Assembly: GCF_009914755.1 (NCBI RefSeq) | Contig: NC_060942.1 | DNA: 64,000 bases | Direction: 5' to 3' (one strand) | Origin: the human T2T-CHM13v2.0 reference genome, Homo sapiens | Program-made: the position numbers and the translations under genes | Part shown: one piece after another, positions 57,941 to 64,000 of the stretch | How the letters are laid out: every line of letters begins with the position of its first letter | Position numbering within the stretch: position 1 is the stretch's first letter | Notes under the pieces: model-generated | What the model saw: the letters and a program-made list of their open reading frames with translations, nothing else | Told to the model about the DNA's origin: nothing | Database searches by the model: none

Positions 57941-60135
57941 CTTTTCTCTACATGCTGCAGCCATACGAGCCATAGGCAAGACTGCGACTGCTTGTGGCGA
58001 GGAAACATTTGCCTCTCCATCCCTATTTCAAGACAAACATTTTAAGGAGTTCCTATCGAATCCAAAGTTTGTCCTTTCTCTCGGACACAAAGAGGAAAAA
58101 ACGCTGTGACTCATATGATCTGTCCCGCCGTTGGTGTCTCTCTGGCTGCAGGCACTTCCTGACATGGAACATGGGAATTCCATCTGCTTGAATGAGCTGT
58201 TGAAATACAGGGCCCATATGCCCCGGACCCAGGGGAGGACATCATGAGTTTGCACAGGATGATTATAAGGGCTGAAAAATGTGGACATCATGGCCAGCAG
58301 GCTGTAGTTGTCACTCAACATTTGCCAGTCTGGAAAAAAGGGCAAAAGCATTGTAATCAAATTAAGAGAATGAGTGAAGCAACAGATGTAAAGGACAGTG
58401 GAGGAAAGACATGGAACACATTTCCTCTGTATATTTTAGATCAACAAAGTTTCTAAGTCCTCTTGAAACATGTCAGATTGTCAACACCCAAGTCAGGCCC
58501 AGGAAAACCTAACACTGACCATCTAGGAGGCTTTGCAGAATGGGAGAATGTTCTTTCCAATGAAACTGAGAGCAAAAATCAAGTTAGGACTTGGGGGGTG
58601 TCATGTTTTCTAGTTTGAAAATGGTACTCATGTATTTTTAGCAAAGTGAACACATGAAGCAGGCATATATGTTACTTTGATTGTGACTAGTTTGCCAGTT
58701 TGTGAAGAAGGTAAGCCGTCAGCATCAACACGACTCCTTCAAAGCAAAAGCTTGCCTTGTAGTTTAATCATTACTTTGGAAATGATATCACATCTGGAGT
58801 ATTTAAAGTTCCGGGTATGAGTTACATTCTCTCTCTTGCAATGTTGAATTGGAATCCTTTGTTTGTTTGTTTGTTTTCAATCCTAAAACATAAGAGGAGG
58901 GTGAAAGAATTTTCGAAGGTGTTGGAAGAGCCAAATCCTAGAAACCTTTACCCCCCCGCCAACACCCGCCATGAAAACACACAGGATTCGTGGCTGGCTT
59001 GAGGCCATGACGACAGCAAGCAGATAGAGTCCACCCAGACATTCTAGCTCTCTGGCCTTTTAAGCCGGTGACAGCAGAGGGCTTCGAGCAGGGGAAGTGT
59101 GAGTCCCTGTAGAGCACAGAGCAGCTGTGCCCCTAACCCAGCTCCCTGCCTGGTTAGGGGTTGTGTCAGAGATCGTGTCGAAGTCAGTGAAAATGATAGA
59201 TGGACTGTGGGAAGGAAGGAGAGGCTGCCGAAGAATGGTATTGAGGGGAAGGCCAAGGGGCCTTGAAATCGGATGGCCAGGGAGGGGTGAGGGCAACAAA
59301 ACACAACAAAAGCAATAGACCTAGTAAACACGGGCACGAGAAGCAGGCACACAAGCAGGCAGAAACCTTCACCAAACCCGGCCACCCGGAGCTGGCACAA
59401 AGGCGGGTGCGGAGCAGAGGCCATGTGCCCGATGCAACCTCACTGCCGGAATGGAATTCCCACCCAGGGACCCGGAGAACTGTGTGGCCGCCTGAGTTTA
59501 CTAATTAAGCAGCCCTCAAGAGCACCTACATTTAATAGTGGATTTCCATATGGAGCTCTGGAGCTGCCTGCCATGGGCCAGCTTCTCATCTCCCGGGGAC
59601 ACATCCATTAGCTTTCCTATGGCAAACGGAGGCATCCAAGAGGCAGGATGTTGCATTAACACAGTTTTCCAACCTGCATCCCCCACCACATCTGTGCTGG
59701 CTTAAGTACGCATATTTTAGGGATGAAGAGGGCCATTTGAATGATGAGCTTAAGGAATTCAGGAAAAAGCTGTAAACAGAATTCTAGTTTATTTTTCCTA
59801 CATAGACATATATTCAGATCAGACATAATGACAATTTCATGCACATCAAGGGGACAGAATGGTGCTGACTTGATGGCATCCTTCTTTTGATGGGAATACC
59901 CACTGGTATTTTAATAAGGAGTGATTAAAATGATCTCCACGTAGCTCATAGACCACCAGTTCTCACAGTTTTATGACAACCTCTGATGGTCTACACTCTT
60001 GTAGATACATTACATTCCATAATTTGAATATTGGTGAAAGACAGAAAAAATGGAGTCAATAAAGTTTAAAAATAATTTTGTTGTCTGGTCTGTGGGTCAG
60101 TGCTATTTACAATAGAAAATGGAGCAAACTATTTC

Positions 60136-60467
60136 CTTTCCTTTCGTTTCCTTTCCTTTCCTTTCCTTTATTTTCCTTTCCTTTCCTTTTTTTGAGACAG
60201 GATCTCTCTGTGTCTCCCAGGCTGGAGTTCAGTGGCACCATCTTGGCTCACTGCAGCCTCCACCTCCCAGGTGCAAGCAGTCCTCCCACCGCAGCCTCCC
60301 GAGTGGCTGAGACTATAGGCATGCACCACCATGCTTGGCTAATTTTAAAATTTTTTTGTAGAGATGAGGTTTCGCCATGTTGCCCAAGCTGGTTTCAAAC
60401 TCCTGACCTCAAGTGATCTACCTGCCTTGGCCTCCCAAAGTGCTCGGATTACAGGCGTGAGCCCACA
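60136..60467 (-). mobile_element. AluJ with tail converted to (AAAGG)n
   Basis: Antisense AluJ (cactgcagcctcc, caagcagtcctcccacc); (tttcc)n at ~60132-60186; TSD gagcaaactatttc / gagtaaactatttc. Confidence 0.92.
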
Positions 60468-61221
60468 GAGTAAACTATTTCAAATGTTCATGTTTTAGCA
60501 TATGGTATGAGACACTTACAGATAATTTTACCTTTACTTTAGGCTTTGGCCAATAAATAGGTTTATATAATGTATTCATCATTCAAAAATGCAGGTACTG
60601 AGCATTGCCAAACGCAAAAAAACCTGGTCCCTGCCCTCAAGAAGTTAATGATGAAATTGATGTGAATGAGTGTGTGTGTGAGTGCACAGAACTTACTTGG
60701 AGATTTGAATATCCCTAGTTAGTACTGAGAGATACAAAACACAGGAATCTTACTGCTGAACCCAAATATGACAAGATGACACCAGCAGGAAATAGAAAAG
60801 AAACAGATTGTTCCTGCCACACTGAGAAAAGCAAATGACACAATTATGGGTAAGGAGGAAAAGGATTCCAGATAATTCACATTCTTAGCGATAGAGAGAC
60901 AGATGACATATTTTCCCAAGCCCAACCCTTGCAGTGAGCTCCAGCCTTTCTCTTGGAGAAGAGCTTTGAGGAAAGGTCATTTGATTGTGTCTGCTGTGAG
61001 TCCTTAGGGTTAGGGACCCTCTCGGTTGTGGGGATGAAAGCAGTCCCTGTGTTTGGTTGTTCTCTGATTAACAGCTAGATATCAGAAGATTGCGATCAGG
61101 TTGTGAATATTATATTTGTATTTTTTAAAATTCCCTAGCTTCAGCTTAGCCTCAAAATTAAAACACCACCAAAACCCAATATCGTCAAGAAAAAGCATCA
61201 AGCATGCATGTCCTTTATAAC

Positions 61222-61390
61222 TTTATATTACACATATATACCATTATATTTGTATATGCATATATACAAATATATACACACATATATCATTATATTTGTG
61301 TATGTATATATTATACACATATGTATACATATATACCATTATATTTGTCATATGTATGCATATATATGTATATACCCCATTATATTACCA
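61222..61390. repeat. AT-rich degenerate minisatellite (catatataccattatatttgt-like unit)
   Basis: Recurrent catatata(c/t)cattatatttgt separated by TA/CA runs. Confidence 0.8.
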
Positions 61391-61599
61391 TTTTAAAAAC
61401 ACAGACTTGCTCTATGATTTTTCGCTGCAATCACATCTTCGTATGGTTTTTTGAACGTGTGTTCTGGGGGAGTTCTCTATTCTGTGAGGTGGCAACAAGC
61501 TTGCACACAAAGGGCCTGCACAGCAGCTGGCCTGGTCAGCCGTGCACATTTCATCTGCTTGCTCCTCCCACCAGGCCAGGGAGGCAGGCAGCATTTGTA

Positions 61600-61705
61600 C
61601 AGTCATGTTTATGGCTAAGGAAACCAAGGCCCAGAAATCTTAAGCAACGTCTCCAAGTTGAGAGTAGAATCCAGGTTTTCTGGCCCCAAAGCCTGTGCTT
61701 ATCAT
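61600..61705 (-). mobile_element. MIR fragment
   Basis: tttatggctaaggaaaccaaggcccagaaatcttaagcaacgtctccaag...ggccccaaagcctgtgct. Confidence 0.6.
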
Positions 61706-63179
61706 CTGAGATGGATCTTGATGGGGGTCCCTGCCTGCCATTGTGAACTTTGGAGATATTTTTTTCTTGGTGGGTCTGAGGACTATTGTATTTCGGTGAC
61801 ATGGCCAAACAAAGCAAACATCAAAGATATTTTCTTGTTATCATTTGGGCTTTTTAAAGATGCATTTCAGGATTTTGTTTATTGCCTTTTCTATTGTCTC
61901 TATTCTGTGTTAATATTGGCTCAAAAATTTTTCAAAGCAATTAGCAAAAAAAAAAAAAAAAAAAAGATTCAAACACCAAGTAAGATACATTTCTCATATT
62001 CTGGTCGCAGTAGTTATTTAAATAACATAAGCTTTGCCCGGGCAGGATTTGCTTGCTTTGTTCACAGGTACATCTCATTTGCCAGGACATCTGGCCATGG
62101 CCGGCCTGCGGCAAGCACTAGGGGAAAGGATGTGGGCTATGAGCTCACTATGCTCGCCACACCAGGAGATGCTTAGGGGACATTTCTTATTGTAGTAAGT
62201 GTCGCCTTGTAAGAAGCAGGGTGTCCAGATAGGATGTTTCAGCCTTCCTTCAATTTTCAAACCTCTGAAAACCCTAATGGACCAGATGCTCCCCCTCCAC
62301 CCAATACAAGCTCTTAAAATACTTAATTTTAGCACGCTGCCATTATTTCCCAGTGCCACCTTCCACTCCCTTCTGAGAGGGTCTCAATCAGGCTGGAAGG
62401 ACCCCAGAAAAGAAGGGAGGCCCATGCTCAGCAGACTTTGGGTGGCCCCTCCCCTTCTCCAAGGCTCTGGAGTCCTAGGTAGGATGTGGGGTTGGGGTGG
62501 CCGTGCACACTTTCAGCAGGATGAATGAAAGGTCTTGCTAGAATAGATGCTGGACACATATCAAGGGCTTCAGTCTGGGGAAACTGTGGCTCTGGCAAAC
62601 TGAGAGGCAACAGAGTGAGGCCCAGGAGAAGGAAATGGGCTGGGGCTTAGCATTGTTTCTGGCCACTGGGCCGAAATGCAGGCAGAGAAAGGCCAAGGTT
62701 CCATTCCATATGGGTTGTCCCAGAAGCAAAGGATGGTCAGGGAATAAAGTTTGCTTCATGGACATTTGGCAAGAGATGTCACATGATCACATTTCCCAAA
62801 ATGAATCTTAGCGGTAGGAGCCTGGAAAAACCATGGAATTCCCAGAAACAAATGGCACTGGGATTACCGACAAGGACCCAAGTGTTGTCAGCACTACAGC
62901 CTGCTCTGTCCAATTCACAGAGCGATGTGAGGCTCATGTGGGGTCTGTCCACTGCCACGGAATCACAGAACAGGGCCTGCAAAGAGGAACTGATTCATGC
63001 CATGGGCTTTTAATGGAGAAACAATGTTTTCACTCACGTTGCAGTTCATGAGCTAGAAACAAAACTACCAATAAGACACACGCTAAAAGAAACACTTTTA
63101 GTTATTTACTGCGGAAGTCATGAGAAAAAAACTTAGGACTACAGGCAGAAAGGTAAGCAAAGGATGTAGGGGGAAAAAG

Positions 63180-64000
63180 TCAATTTGATTAAGATATAAT
63201 ACAATATGATAATCACTTTTTTAGGTGTAGAATTTCATGGCTTTTGATGAGTGTATAGAATTTCCAAATCTTTCTTCCCTACCCCAAGACCCTGGTATCT
63301 GCTGGTCTGATTTCTGTCCCTATATCTCTCAGAATGTCATATACATCAAATAAAATCACACAACCTACAGCTGTTTGTGTCTGGCTGCTTTCACTTAGCA
63401 TAATGCTTTGAGGTTCATCCCCAGTATTGTGTTGATTGGATTTATTATTTTTCATTGCTGATTAGTATTCATTGTTCCAAACATTCTTAACTATTTACCT
63501 GTTCATGGGCATTTTGGATTATTTTCAGTTTTTGGTAACTATAAATGAAGCGGCTATAAACATTCACCTATAGGATGTGTGTTTTTATTTTTCTTGAGCG
63601 AATATCCAAGAATAAGATGTTAAGTTGTAGGGGAAGTGTATGTTTAACTTTTGAAAATGTGCCAACTGACGTCTACAGATATTATACCATTTTGGATCCC
63701 CCCCCAGCTGTGTGTTAGTCTTTGGGTTGCTCCACACCCCCAACAACACTTGGTATGGTCAGTTTCAGATGGTCTAATGAGGATGCATAGCAGCATCTTG
63801 GGAAGATTTTAAATTCCATGTTGCGAATGACCAGCAAAGTTAAACGTCTTTTCATGCACTTATTTGCCGTCTTTTTTGGGCAAAGTGTTCAAATCTTTTG
63901 CATTATTTTAACTAGTTGGCTTTGTATTGAATATTGAGGTTTTACATTTTTTAGTATATTTTGGATATGAAACTCTTATCAGTTATGTAATGTGAAATAT
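63180..64000 (-). mobile_element. L1ME/L1MD-like 3' end, runs off the window
   Basis: gtgtctggctgctttcacttagcataatgctttgaggttcatcc...ggctataaacattcac...atgtttaacttttgaaaatgtgccaactg. Confidence 0.85.

Noticed and set aside
59280-59500. CpG island or promoter
   Set aside because: CpG-enriched but short (~200 bp) with no clear promoter architecture
61204-62176. 180-aa and 172-aa ORFs
   Set aside because: Run through an AT minisatellite, a MIR and a poly-A run; low-complexity chance ORFs

Overview
Human non-coding genomic DNA: it carries an AluYb8 with the diagnostic 7-bp insertion, a human-lineage subfamily. I cannot place the locus or recognise any host protein-coding exon. The ORF track is explained by decayed L1/Alu/LTR sequence, low-complexity DNA or chance. 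Much of the window is interspersed repeat: L1MB, a nested L1MC cluster, L1PA15/16, a twin-primed L1MA, the 5' half of an L1PB, L1ME, six Alu/FLAM copies, MaLR/ERV solo LTRs, MER5/MER20, MIR and L2. Subfamily names come from recalled consensus sequences and need RepeatMasker confirmation. There is no CRISPR array, rRNA or tRNA, and no new gene system that I can support. The most unusual structures seen directly are a ~130-bp inverted duplication at 41.0-41.7 kb, an inverted L1 duplication that includes the host junction at 12.9-14.4 kb, two interlocked perfect palindromes at 14977-15022 and a near-perfect 3x111-bp tandem repeat. A speculative minus-strand spliced transcript may start in the L1PB 5'UTR.
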